DNA of 63,923 nt, the filler included, from Bigelowiella natans CCMP2755 (Eukaryota; Protista; Cercozoa): NCBI GenBank assembly GCA_000320545.1. It is 8 parts of 8 records of this genome, joined end to end, with 100 filler letters (N's around TTAATTAATTAA, not from the genome) between each part and the next. Parts side by side here need not be neighbours in the genome. Positions count along the whole stretch, not along the records: positions 1 to 15,661 come from ADNK01000347.1; positions 15,762 to 42,769 come from ADNK01003066.1; 6 more parts are not named here. The stretch is one strand, 5' to 3'. The position numbers were made by a program, and so were the translations under genes. Below, in pieces: positions 11,720 through 24,033 of the stretch (positions are counted from its first letter, which is position 1; the number at the start of each line of letters is the position of its first letter). The notes beneath the pieces were generated by a model that was given only the letters and a program-made list of their open reading frames with translations, did no database searches and was not told the DNA's origin.

Positions 11720-13136
11720 TTGGCTAACAAAGCCCCCTTCCCCCCTTCTATCAGCGAAATGCCTGCTGTTCCTGCACTCGCTAAGAAAACCGACTCACGG
11801 CCAGGAAGTCGAGGGAGTTCGGGACTGAAGCCAATTTCAGCGAGATCCAGAAGTAGCCAAAGAGAGTACCTCTGGGCAAAGCGCAGCTGTAATTACAAAC
11901 CCTTCACGAAACGAATGAAACTTAACTAATTCTGTGGCGGAAAGCATATCGACTGCGCTGAATCACTCACGTTTTGCCATTATTTTTCGTCTCCTCTTAT
12001 CATTGGTGAAATTGCATCATTCAGGCACGCCCGACGCCATCGACACATCTGACAAAAATGATAGTTCTCCAACCGGTGTGAGATTGAGATCCACCTCGGC
12101 CGTCAACCCGACGACTACAACCCCAAGCCCAGATGATCTCAATGAGCTGGTAATACGATGATGACTTCCAGCATTTACTTCCACTATGTCACTCGTAGCA
12201 TGGAGTATAATGTCCCCCACCACCACCTCTTCTACTTTCTACTACAACTACTACAACTACTACTACTCGTCCCCCACTTCCTTCAGGTTCTTAGCGATGA
12301 CGAGCCGACATCAACCTACTCCGGAAACCAGAACTCTTCTGAAGACGGGCCGGAAAGTATGTGTGCGACGTGCAAGCTTATGTGAATGCATTATATAGTA
12401 GTATGCTGTACACACCCATGCAACAATTGTTTACGAAATTGCGCGTTTTCTCTCTTCGTTGTGGTGACATTTTTAAGTTGGAACATCGTCATCATCATCA
12501 TCATCATCATTATCATTATCATGATATGCTTGTTATTATTTTGCCGGCGTAGGATCCTCATGGCGTGTCATGTGGAAAGATGGGGTCATCCGCCAATCAC
12601 GTTTTTATACTACTACTACTACTACTACTACTACTAGTGCGGAAATCATAGCTTTTCGATATGAATGATGGAAAGAAGAAAGGGATTTTAGGATACTGAT
12701 AATGATCTATTTCTGAGATCTCATGGCGTCACTTGTTCATTGAAAAGGTTTCCATTCGTGCTGAGCCAGACGAGGAAGCAGTCCTGCTCGGAATATTAAC
12801 ACAGGGAAGCGTTATTCAAGGAATCCACCTCAAGAACATGTGGGTCAAGCATAGCAAAGGGTAAGAACGATGATCATCACCACGTACTACTACTACTACT
12901 TCTACTACTACTACTACTACTACTACTACATACTATATGATAATAGTAATGCACACAGCTGCACATTTATATATACAGACTGAGAGAGTGAGAGGGACAG
13001 AGAGAGAGGGGGGGGAGAGAAGATCTGTAACTTGCAGAATAATAATAACAGATGTATATGTATAACCATGCATGAATTGTGCTTATCTAGGCTCCTCCTG
13101 TTTATTTTCCTCTTTGAGCGAACAATTAAATGTTTT

Positions 13137-13181
<45 letters not shown>

Positions 13182-13193
13182 TACATATATAAA

Positions 13194-13232
<39 letters not shown>

Positions 13233-13374
13233 TTGTGTGATTATTGTTATTGTTGTTGTTGTAGGTGGTCCCCGGTATGGGATCCATATTGCGAAGTAGT
13301 CATGATGAGACGAGTGGCATCTCCGACCCTGCCAAAGCGCCGCGCATGTACCGTTACCCCCCAACAAAATTATA

Positions 13375-13420
<46 letters not shown>

Positions 13421-13424
13421 TTAA
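11720..13424 (+). CDS. Multi-exon hypothetical protein with C-terminal SH3b-like module (start uncertain, may extend to ~10908)
   Basis: Spliceable exons ...SPDDLNEL|VLSDDEPTSTYSG...|ISWRHLFIEKVSIRAEPDEEAVLLGILTQGSVIQGIHLKNMWVKHSK|GWSPVWDP. The V.IR..P.......L..G.........WV....GW pattern resembles bacterial-type SH3. Confidence 0.45.
12880..13420. repeat. Example cluster of intronic microsatellites (CTA)n, (TA)n, (TG)n, (GA)n; similar tracts throughout the window
   Basis: Directly visible simple tandem repeats. Confidence 0.95.
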
Positions 13425-14076
13425 AAAAAAAAGAAAACCAGAAGAAGCAGCTAAGGAACGACTCGACGAAGCCCCATAAAATGATAAATTACATGTGAAA
13501 AGTGTAAAAGAAACTTGACGACCGCACACGTTGGTTGATTGCTCGTCGTATGCTCTTTCCTTCCTCTTGATCATCAGCCAAAGTCCCGAACATCCAAGGG
13601 TCACCACCAGCAATAATAGCGCCAAGTGCCAACCGATTTTCTGTGAAAAACCCGTTATTTGAGAAGCCTATGAAGCTGCAACCTTTAACTTCTTCTCAAG
13701 AATCATTAGCTTCTCTTAATCGGTCGCCAAATTCTTCTTTAACAAGGTGCTTGCTTGTTGAGAACAACAGCTTCTAGGCAGCATTAGACCTTCTGCTGAG
13801 TAGTAGCAGTAGTAGTAGTAGTAGTTGTAGTTGTAGTAGTAGTGATAGTGGTGGCGATGATGATTTCCATTTCAGAACTAGAAGTAAGTCCTCAATCCAA
13901 ACCAAACGGATTGAAAGGTTAAGGACGTTGTTCCTCCACACATCACCTAATTCGATCAGTATTTTCGGATGATTTCTGTTTGAATTAAGAGGAAGAGTCG
14001 ATTTTAATGAATGCCTAATTAATGCCTAATTTACCCCCCCCCCCCCACCTTCCATCTCCTTTGCTGCAGGAACAGA

Positions 14077-14143
14077 TATGGCGGCTCACCCGATTCTGGA
14101 AATACACTCGGTAGATACTTTATCCTGGGATTAGCACATACAA

Positions 14144-14183
<40 letters not shown>

Positions 14184-15073
14184 ACACACAACATAAATGA
14201 TACAAAATGTATGAATGTTCAGGCCTATCATCGTCCTCGAATCAACTTAGTGATGGTGGTAGCAGAGGAGGTAGCCCCTACAAGATTGAGATTTCCCTCT
14301 CTGCAGAGAGCATCAACAATAACAATCCTCCGGCATTGACAAGCAGGTTCTTCTTCTTTTTATTCTTATTCTTCTTCTTCACATTCTCTGCGACGAGACG
14401 CGAGGAAAATAGGAGGAACGTATATGTATAAATACGTTTGTGCGCGCGCGCGCGTGTGTGTGTGTGTGCGTGCGTGCAACTTGCTGGCAGTGACGTATAT
14501 CTTACAATTCTTAGCCAGCTTTGAAAGAAACATTCTATTAGCATTTTATTGACTATCCTCTCCCCTCCTCCTTCCCCCCTCCTTTGCGATTCTTTCCTCG
14601 TTCCTTCATTTCTTCGATGACAATGACAAGGCTTAGAGGGCTAGAATCAAAATCGGTATGTGTATGGGAATGACCACCACACGTCGGAAGAATAATGGAT
14701 TCTCTATCTATGAGCCCTCCTCCCTTGCGTTTACATTCGTGCTAGCTTGTGCTTGCGTATTAGTGTATACGTGTTTGTGTGTTGTCCAAATGTAACCCGC
14801 ATACAATCACACACCCACACTCAAACTCGTGCCACGCATAAAGGCGAAGCTGAAGAATTCTGAGATCGCCACGCGCGACGATGCAGCTTCTTGCATCATG
14901 GAAAGAAAGAACAGCCCGAGCTACTTTGGCGGAACTGGGGCGCTTCCCCCCCCTCTTCCACTGTTCTCTCCGACTCCAAAACAATCGGCGGATGATGGTC
15001 TTCCGAATCATCTGGGACTGCCTATGATGGTGCGTACATGCATGTTTCATTGGCTACTACTACTAGGCAATAT

Positions 15074-15115
<42 letters not shown>

Positions 15116-15196
15116 TGTCTGTATATATTGTGTGAGCTTCTTACGCGATAGAAGACAGAAGCACGAAATGGACGCTTTCATTACCCCCGTGTGCCG

Positions 15197-15242
<46 letters not shown>

Positions 15243-15269
15243 TCTCTCTCTTTCCCTATTTTGGTCTTT

Positions 15270-15303
<34 letters not shown>

Positions 15304-15661
15304 TAAACATCACATACTACGATGGCTACTACTACTACTATTCCTACTACTAACAGGCCGCCCCCAAGCTGCTCGCACCACAAGAGCACGAGCAGCCACC
15401 GGAGAAGTTTTTCATGACAAAGGGGGGGTCGCAAGAGGACCTCGTGCACAGGGTGAAGAAGGACTTTCTTCAACGAATGGCAGTAGGAGCTGGGCAGCCT
15501 CCTAACATCGTGTTTGACTCGATTCTAAAGCCTAATGGAGCAAGTGCAAGCTACTTCAAACCGGATGAGAGGGGCGTTCTTACCCCTTACTACACCCCCG
15601 CCAATGCGAGCGACACGACGCTAGTTTTCGAATCACGCTTTGAGAGCGGCAATCTAAGGCG
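14077..15661 (+). CDS. Cytosolic carboxypeptidase (M14D, CCP/AGBL tubulin deglutamylase), 5' part, cut by gap
   Basis: Last exon YYTPANASDTTLVFESRFESGNLR carries the FESGNL N-domain signature; upstream exons and start are approximate. Confidence 0.8.
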
Positions 15662-15761
15662 NNNNNNNNNNNNNNNNNNNNNNNNNNNNNNNNNNNNNNN
15701 NNNNNTTAATTAATTAANNNNNNNNNNNNNNNNNNNNNNNNNNNNNNNNNNNNNNNNNNNN
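15662..15761. other. Assembly spacer N/TTAATTAATTAA/N; also at 42770-42869, 45679-45778, 48289-48388, 57080-57179, 58637-58736, 61200-61299
   Basis: The same ~100-nt design occurs seven times, with a six-frame stop linker between N runs. Confidence 0.97.
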
Positions 15762-17153
15762 AATGAAGAAGATGAAGATATAGACAAACTTCCGTAATTT
15801 TTAAATCAGTGTGCAACTTTGCTGTACGATATACAAGACCCGTACTGTTTCCTCTTTTTTTACTTAACAAGCATGCATCCCCAGTTTTTGCGTAAAGCAT
15901 TCGCAGGAAGGAGGGGATGATGCTGGTATGTAAATAATTGCACGGAATCAAGTCGCACGAGGCTCTCCTCGATGCTTCCACGCGATGTTGCAGTCTTTCT
16001 TTCTAGAGACGTACTTTAACTACCATTTGTCATTCTCTTCCCTAGTTACATATAGAATTTGTTGAACATGCTAGAAGCAGACGGGCAAGATAACTTTCAC
16101 CTTCTCCGTGGTATACCTGGGTATCTAATCATTCTATATTTTGCGAAGGCATGTTCTTACACGTTTCATAATCAAGACACCAGTGATGTGCAACTTGCTA
16201 GCTAGCTAGCTTGCGCGCTGTAGATATGCGATGAGCGACCTGTCGAGATGATTGTTTGTTTTTGTGACCTGTTGGCGTTTGCTCCCTGGTCAGCCAAAAT
16301 TCATGGAATGTGTTTTTTTGGCATTGTGTCATTAGTACTTGAACATGATGATATAATTGATGTGCGTGCTAGCATGCTAGTAAGTCTGTAGGTTGTTGCT
16401 AGGTTGCACATGTCATATGTTTGTGCGCATCGGACTTCCTTTAGCAATTATCCTTTAGTTTCATTGCTGCGCAGCAAATGCGCCTAGCACATCTCGATCG
16501 GAATGTGCGTACGTCTAACTTGCTAGCTTGACGCGGTCATGCAGCACAGCTTGTCCAGCTAGCCAGACGCACACATTGTGGATGGATTTTAGAGATAGCT
16601 AGACAGGTCGTGCTTGCATGCATCTTGCTAGCTAGCTAGATAGATGGTTTGTAGTGGTCAAAACACACCTAGCTGCTAGACGTGTGTGTGTTGATGTCAC
16701 ATCCAATTGCACTCGCAAGTGTGTAGTGTGTAGATGTGTCATCAAGCTAGCTAGCTAAGCTTACAGCGCCACATTCCACATGTCACACGCCTTCGTGTCA
16801 AGCTAGCTAGATCTAAAATACTAAACATGCTGCCATGCTAGCATGGATGACAACAATTTTGGCTGTTGCATGGAGACACACATGAGACTAGCTAGCTAGA
16901 GAGCCATCATGCTCCCTCGCTGTTGCATTCTGGTTAGACGATGCATGCTAGCATGGGGCACTCGATGAATGCCAATCAATCATCATTGACGAGATTTAGT
17001 TGTGTTAGAGTAACCAGTAATGCACACCACAACGCATGTGCACATGTAGCGGTGAAAGCTACAAAACCTTTTGCATCACCCAACATTACTATGTATGCAT
17101 TCATATCTTTCAGTTACAGTGCGTGGTGGACAAATCTTCGACGTAATGGTAGA

Positions 17154-18011
17154 TCACATGGTATTTGCATTGTAGCTACCTATTAACCCTAACATTCCAG
17201 ATTCATGGCTATCCTTCTCCGTATTCTCAACTCTGTGACAATTTATACTGGCCTTCCCATTCGCCTTCTTTCCTGTCACGTCATTGTTTTCTGTTGGTGC
17301 GGAGACGTATCGCATCATTGCCTGTTGGGGTTGTCCAGCTAACCCGCAAAGTTGAATTGGTTCCTCAATAAGATTATATTTTTCGTCCTTATTGGGGCCT
17401 TGTAGAATAGGCCAAACAACTTTATTTGAGCCATGACACGATATCTGGACATAAGCAAATCGCAGCATGTTTGGATTGGTGTAGTAACCGTGAAACTCCT
17501 TCCAGGATGGGTCCCTGAGCATACAAATAGTGAAATCAATAATAAAAATAAAATGAGGGTTCATACTTTTCGATCCATGAGAAGTTTATTGCATGAACTT
17601 TGTGCGGGTCATGATTAATAGGACCTAATGACACAAAAAGGTCTTACAATTAACATGTGATTATTGTCACAATTTGAAACACTAGCAGATGATTTGTACC
17701 GCATTTTATCACCTTTTAGCCCCATGTTTTGATTTTTATGAGGGTTAATTAACAAAGCAGGATCTCTTAGAGAGTACACACTGTAAATGCTATCGAAAAT
17801 TCCACAAAGCTTTCTACCAGCCTATTGAATTATATGTATGTAATGATTGGTTTGCGGAATAAAAAGATAGACGGCACCTTTTTGTAATGTATTGAATGTC
17901 CATCTAACATATTTGGAGGAACATTTGGTGCAGTCATTATCAATTTCTTAAACCTGCAGACCTATATGGATACATCATGAAAAGGATAAAAGAATTTATA
18001 TCATTGACAAT

Positions 18012-18055
<44 letters not shown>

Positions 18056-19936
18056 CACCTCGTGCTGAAGCTCTTTCTCAAGTAATTCAGTAACTAAATT
18101 GTATAAGAGCCAATTCCCCATGCTATGCGCCCAAACACTAAAACGGATTCCACAGTTACGACTGTCATGCTCATTTTCTTTATCCCCTTTGTTTTCACCA
18201 GTATCTCCTTGCTCCAAGGCTAAAGCAGCCAGAGATTTCTTTTTACTTCCGATAGACGAAAGAGTACCGCTGAGGCCTGCACTACAAATACTATCCATGG
18301 TTGCATTAAGATCATCCACCTCCTCATCCGATTTGCCGAGGAGGACAGTATCAAGAAACCCTGCTCCATCACTCAAAAAGTTTGTAATACTGTTACGCAG
18401 AGTTATACTTTCTCGATTTTGGTTCCTAAGCTGGGCCGCAGCTTTTAAGGCGTTACGGAGTCTATCCTCAGACCATGTATCATCCAGGTCATCATCTTCG
18501 GTTGTAATCTGGGATGCTGATTTTTTATCTTTCAAATTCTTTTCTTCGAATTGGGTCGGCGGATTTGTGACATTCAAAGTTGCAATATTGGCTGGTCTGT
18601 TGGAAGGCGCAGTTTCTATTTTTGGGGATGTCTCGATTTCTGTGGGAGATGCTATGCTTGGAATGGTTACGTTACCATATCTACTCGATGGAGGGGCTTT
18701 TGTGTCTGACAGAATCTTTGAGCCATTCCTTCCGCCTTTCCTTGGAGATAAAATTCCCTTCTTGAAGGCTGTCGCAAGGCCTCGAAACATACCAAACAAT
18801 GATGACGTTTTTTTATGCTTTGGTGAAGAATATCCTTCCAGACCGCTATCAGATTTGGGATTTTGATTTAGATTCTCAGCATGGTCAACTTTGGTCGGAG
18901 ATGGAGGGCGCAGACCCGAAGAACCTTTTTCTTGACTACCATTGGATTTGGATTTTCGGGTTATATTCTCAAATTGGTCTACTTTGGTTGGAGATGGAGG
19001 GCGCAGACCCGAAGTAAATATCTCGTCCGCATCTTTCAACTCATCAGCATGGTCAACTCTCGTCGGAGATGGAGGGCGCAAACCCGAAGTAATTACGTCA
19101 TCCTCATCTTTCGACGTCTTCGGTGCTAAAAGTCCCTTCTCATATGCCGAAGCAACCTTTCTAAATATTCGTACCAAACTGGATCCTGTAGCTTCACATC
19201 GACGTCTATCTGGGAAGTAATTGATCACGGTAGCAAGCGGGAAACTGGTTGAACTGGGCCATATAACCTTTGAAATAGGGCAGAGAATAGATGTAGTTAT
19301 TGACCACTCAGAAGATGCAAACTGAAAGGATTTCGAACTCTTAGAACTACCGGTATTATGAGTTGATTTGAATCAAAACTTGATTGCATCTTGCACCAGT
19401 ATTTATACACTTCCCTTTTGTAATACCGACACTCATTTTTCATATCAAACTATCAAACCACTCAAGAAACTGTGCAACCAAGGCTGTGTAAGGTATCCGT
19501 GAATAAAAAAGATGACATCGCTGATATTCGCTTTCCGGAGTCTATGAGTGACATCTTTGAAGTCTATTTTTCTAATTGTATGATATATATTTATCAGAAT
19601 TTTAGATTGTAATAAGTACTATTCCTACCTTGCACGATAGAAATCTCGCCCCCACAGTCCAAGCATGGTACGTGATGATTGCAGCTGTATATTCGTGATA
19701 AATATTGGATCTGATGTCTGGCCACTCCTATCCTCAAATTCAACTATTTATAATAAAATAACAAGTATTTTATGTAGAGATGATATTAAGGAAATAGCCC
19801 AACGTATTCGTTAGAACTTACTCAGATTGTCCGCCAGTACTTTGCGATCTGTTGCTAAAAGCACCTGCATAACTCTTTATCATGCAAGATAAAAATATGC
19901 ATACTATGTATACTGTTTTGTTACATAGGGAGGCAT
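17154..19936 (-). CDS. Multi-exon hypothetical protein, largely low complexity, with 3x (T/S)SGLRPPSPT(R/K)VD repeat
   Basis: Long open frame 17996-19228 with coding-like composition; flanking short exons (e.g. FKKLIMTAPNVPPNMLDGHSIHYKK). Ends uncertain. Confidence 0.55.
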
Positions 19937-20720
19937 CTGGACGTCGGATGTGTTCGCCTTTCGGCCACTGCTATGAGCTGTCGGAGTGGAGGGCCTACGT
20001 GTGTGCCTAAATTTGGCCTCCTTTTTATCGATCCCGAACCAGGCTGTTGTCAATTTTGCAGGGGCTGAGCAAGTCCGCCGGTGACGAACATTGCGAGGCT
20101 TGGGACTAAGAATATGGAGACAGCACTCATGCATGGGCAGGGCATTCTTGGATGCGATGCTTCAATCTAGCAGGAGCGTGATTCACCGTGGCACAACACG
20201 GTCCGGCATCCTTGTGTTGCTCTGTCCTCGTTTTTCAGCCGTCAGCTGTGGGTAGCACCAAAGTAGGGAAAATCAGAAAAAAAGGAAGCAAATCCTAGCG
20301 TCATTTTCATTGTGCGACAAGCTCAATTTGACCAAAAACGATGCTCATTCCATCTTTTGGAGCTTGGTTAAAATGTTGCCAAAATAAAAATGCGGCACAT
20401 GTGAGACCTTGAACGGCTCCATCAAAACCCAACAAGAACCCCCCAACTGCTCGCAAAGAACTTTCAACCTTCGTAAAGTTTATTAAATGAATGTAGCTCT
20501 TAACTGTGAGAGTTTCTTAAGCTTCAAAAGTTAATTTGAATGATGTGTCATGAAAGAAAATCTCATAAATCCAATTGCGGAGGAGTTTGGTACACCCAGA
20601 CATGTGAGTGTTCCACAGACTGTGGAACGTTAAATGATGGGAAATAGCATTTACAGATTTAAAACTAAGTCAACCATAATGATGATTTTAACTGAAAGCT
20701 TGCATGGTAACAGTAAACAA

Positions 20721-21867
20721 ATGGCACGTGTTCGATCGAAGTCTAAGCAACTTACTGAAGCACAATCCTTCGTACTTGTAAAAAATCTACTAAGGTAGGT
20801 GTTGCTAAAATTAAGGCCCAGGAATATTTTAATGAGGATCAGCTGTGAGTTAACTTGACATCTAACCAAAACTATTTTTTTATGTGCACAATTTCCGATC
20901 ACCACCCAAATTTAAAAATAGGACTGCATTGGTAAGCCCTTGCATTCGTAGATTTTAATCATTCAAAGGTGAATTGGCCACTTTCTAATTTTCGTCAGTA
21001 TACGGTTTCTTACATAAGAGGGATCTTTCCACAAAAATGCTTCGCTGATAAGAAGGCATGAAGACTGACCTTTCTACCTATGACAAAATCAAAAAATATT
21101 CACATTGCTATCGTTGCTAGTTGAGCATTGAACTACTCTCCTCTTATCAGTATCAGAATATATGTGTAAAAACCCTTCGACCTGAAACTCCAGATTGCAT
21201 ACGATTGCTAAAATGGCTAGAAAATGTACTACAACAGCAAATCCCAGAATTTAAACTATTTTCATTATTTGAATATGATAATTGCAGGGAGTTTTTGATG
21301 CTCTCGCAAAAAAGTATCTTGATGAAGCTGTTTTCATCATACAGGGCATCGAAGACGAAAGTAGTTCATACGAAGTACATGTTGATTATGTGACATTGAT
21401 GCTATGTTAAACTCCAATCTTTAGATTATGTCGAATGCTACAAGTTCAAAATTACTTATCATGTGAACAACATGAAGCAAAACACGGCCAACAGTTCTGG
21501 AGTAGGATTTCAATTCATGCATAGACTCGGAAAATCAAAATTTCGTAAGATATTTGATAAAGATGCGATTTCTGGTTCTGTAGTCTCCCTCCTGCGCAGG
21601 CTAATTCAACTTGTCAAAGGACTAGGAAATCTTCCTCAGAAAAGAAAATTGACAATGCATCTGCTATACCGTGATGAAGTTACTCCTAATTTTTATCAGC
21701 CAAGCTTGTTCAAGTCCTCCGAACGTGATCAAATTTCTAGCATCACAAACAAGCTAAATGAAGTTCGGCTTGGAAATGTGAACACTGCATTTCACAAGTG
21801 TGAGATGCAAGTTGAAAGTCACGAGTTCAGTGAAATTGAACATTCTTCTACAAATTCAATGTTCTGA
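20721..21867 (+). CDS. HOP1: HORMA-domain protein, Hop1/HORMAD/ASY1-like (meiotic axis)
   Basis: Spliced: MARVRSKSKQLTEAQSFVLVKNLL|RTAL|YTVSYIRGIFPQKCFADKK|YQNICVKTL...LLKWLEN|GVFDALAKKYLDEAVFII...|YVECYKFKITY...LLRRLIQLVKGLGNLPQKRKLTMHLLYRDEVTPNFYQPSLF...LGNVNTAFH. All hallmark meiotic HORMA motifs are present. Confidence 0.88.
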
Positions 21868-22622
21868 CCATCATTTTGTACTCATTCCAACTTTCAAGGA
21901 GAAATTGTTCCATTTGTTCCATTGAGAGCTGCATGCATGCATGGTCGGTGTTGACTGTGCTGGTGTTGTGGATTTTGCACGTTTGCCATTCTGGCATTGT
22001 TTACGCTTGTGGCATTGCAGGCAGTGCATGTCGAAGGCTGCACATGTTTGCCTGGATCAAGGAACTGGTGGTTTGCGCCATTCCGAATCATTGCGAGATT
22101 GCGAGTGATTGGCAACCCTAGAACCTTGCACGTGCAACCTTTGCGAACTGCAACTCTTGAGCTGCAGCACTCTAGCACTGAGTTTCCCCCAATCATCGTC
22201 CAATTGTGCACATGCCAGACTAGTAGACTGCCTTTGTCACTAGGTCGCATCTTGATCAATTGGAACAGCAAGTTCATCACCCGTTCATTTATGAGATGCG
22301 GAATACGCGCTTCATGTGCTTTGTTGTGACCATGCTGGCATGTGAAATGAACCTCTCATTTCTGGAGGCACGTGTGCACGAACTGAATCGAAATTCGTAA
22401 TTTTGCGCCACTCATGCCTTCACACATGTTCCTAAATCAAGGAACAGGAGCTCATAGAACATCGCTTGATCTGTCGTCAGTCGCAAATGTCCCCAAATGG
22501 ATGGCATGAGTGCGGCTATCTCTTGCGTATCATGCTTTAGTTGGGTTTGTTATAGTTATCAGAAAGTTTGTTTGAGGGATTTATATGCATCACAAGAACA
22601 GCTGTTAATGTTTGAAACCCTC

Positions 22623-23038
22623 TCATGCAATCATCTCCTTTGCTCGAATATGGCCTTTAGATGCAGCCTTTTCAAATGCATGATTTAGCAATGTGTTTAA
22701 CGTGATTGGTGTTGTACCTTTTTGAACCATTTAGCAGCCTCCTCTTTGTCTTGCTTAATGCTCCCAATCTGATTTGAAGGAAAGAAATGTGGATGGAGTT
22801 CTATCATAATTCATTCAGGGGAACATACTCCTTCGTTGTAGAAGGTTCCGAGCTCAAACTGAGCATTTGAGTATCCAGCCTTTGCAGCCTAGAATCGAGA
22901 AACTCAAAATGACGAATGGAAGACGGCTGACTGTAGAGCAACTGGTATACGAAACCTTGTCCATTAACTTCAATGCTTCTTCAATGTCTGGCTTTGTACA
23001 CTGTTAATGGCAAAGAAGAAACTTTATGACGTATATAC

Positions 23039-23074
<36 letters not shown>

Positions 23075-23699
23075 TAGTACATAACCTGTCCTATCAAATA
23101 GCAAGATGCGAGATCGTAGGTTGCTTCTATGTGATTTTGCGCAACTGCCTAGAGAGGAATATGCGATGAGTATACTGAAGTAAATATTTAAATCATCTAG
23201 ATTTATTATCACCTTCTTGTACCATTCCATCGCCTTCGGCTCGTCATTTGGCGCTCCTGCAACGTATAAAAATGTTGTCAACACGTATTTCAATCAACTG
23301 CAAATGTATAACCCGTTCCATGATGATAAGCAATCGCAACTCTGAGGTTAGGATAAAAAACCAACATAAACATGCATAATAATTTTGCACTGGGTATGTT
23401 ACTTGATATTCAGATACGACATCATTTAATTTTTTTACAAACTTATGCTGAGCTTCGGCATCTCCTGCATTTGCCTTTTTCTATCATGAAAATTGAATGA
23501 TAAATCTTTGTCGGTGCATAAAGTCTTTATGAATTCATTTGAGTAAATGAAGACGCTCACTAGATTAGCTTCAAAGGCCTCCACTTCTTTCCTTCCCTGC
23601 TCCCCAGTCTCTATTAATGACTTGTCCCTTCATTATCAATGACATTATTTCGAACCCATGCATTACACTCATGTAACTCGTGTACCCCTTCGCCTCCAT
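22623..23699 (-). CDS. Sel1-like repeat protein (~10 short exons)
   Basis: ANAGDAEAQH..AIAYHHGTGAPNDEPKAMEWYKK|AVAQNHIEATYDLASCYLIG..KPDIEEALKLMDK|AAKAGYSNAQFELGTFYNEG..QDKEEAAKWFKK|AASKGHIRAKEMIA*. Confidence 0.9.
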
Positions 23700-24033
23700 T
23701 TCAAGTTTTTGATATTTTCCGATGGAAATTTAATTTGATGTCGCAGAGGAAAATCAATGGGGGTTTTATTAGATTCCAAAAACTAAACGGAAGGCGGCTC
23801 TGAGAGTAGTCGTAGAGGCAAAACCTCCTAATCTTACTCCCGCAGCGAGCGTACTGTTGTTTCGTGGGTTCCGACAGCAAGGTGGTTGGCAGAAAAAACT
23901 TTCTTTGCCACTAAAATTCCCTCTATAACACTCTCGCGACAATAAGTTTTTGATTTTCTGCAAAATTGCGCGCCGTTTCCACCCGTGCATTGACGACCCC
24001 CTTCCCTTGGCTTCGCCTGCCATTGATTTTGCG

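Noticed and set aside
12926-13625. ORFs with YIYI, CVCV, THTH or poly-Y runs across the window
   Set aside because: Translations of intronic microsatellites.
15662-15761. Recurrent TTAATTAATTAA palindrome
   Set aside because: Artificial scaffold linker inside N runs; not biological.
16190-16970. CpG-methylation decay or classical RIP as the cause of TG/CA excess
   Set aside because: CpG persists in these tracts and TpA outside CTAG is reduced rather than increased.
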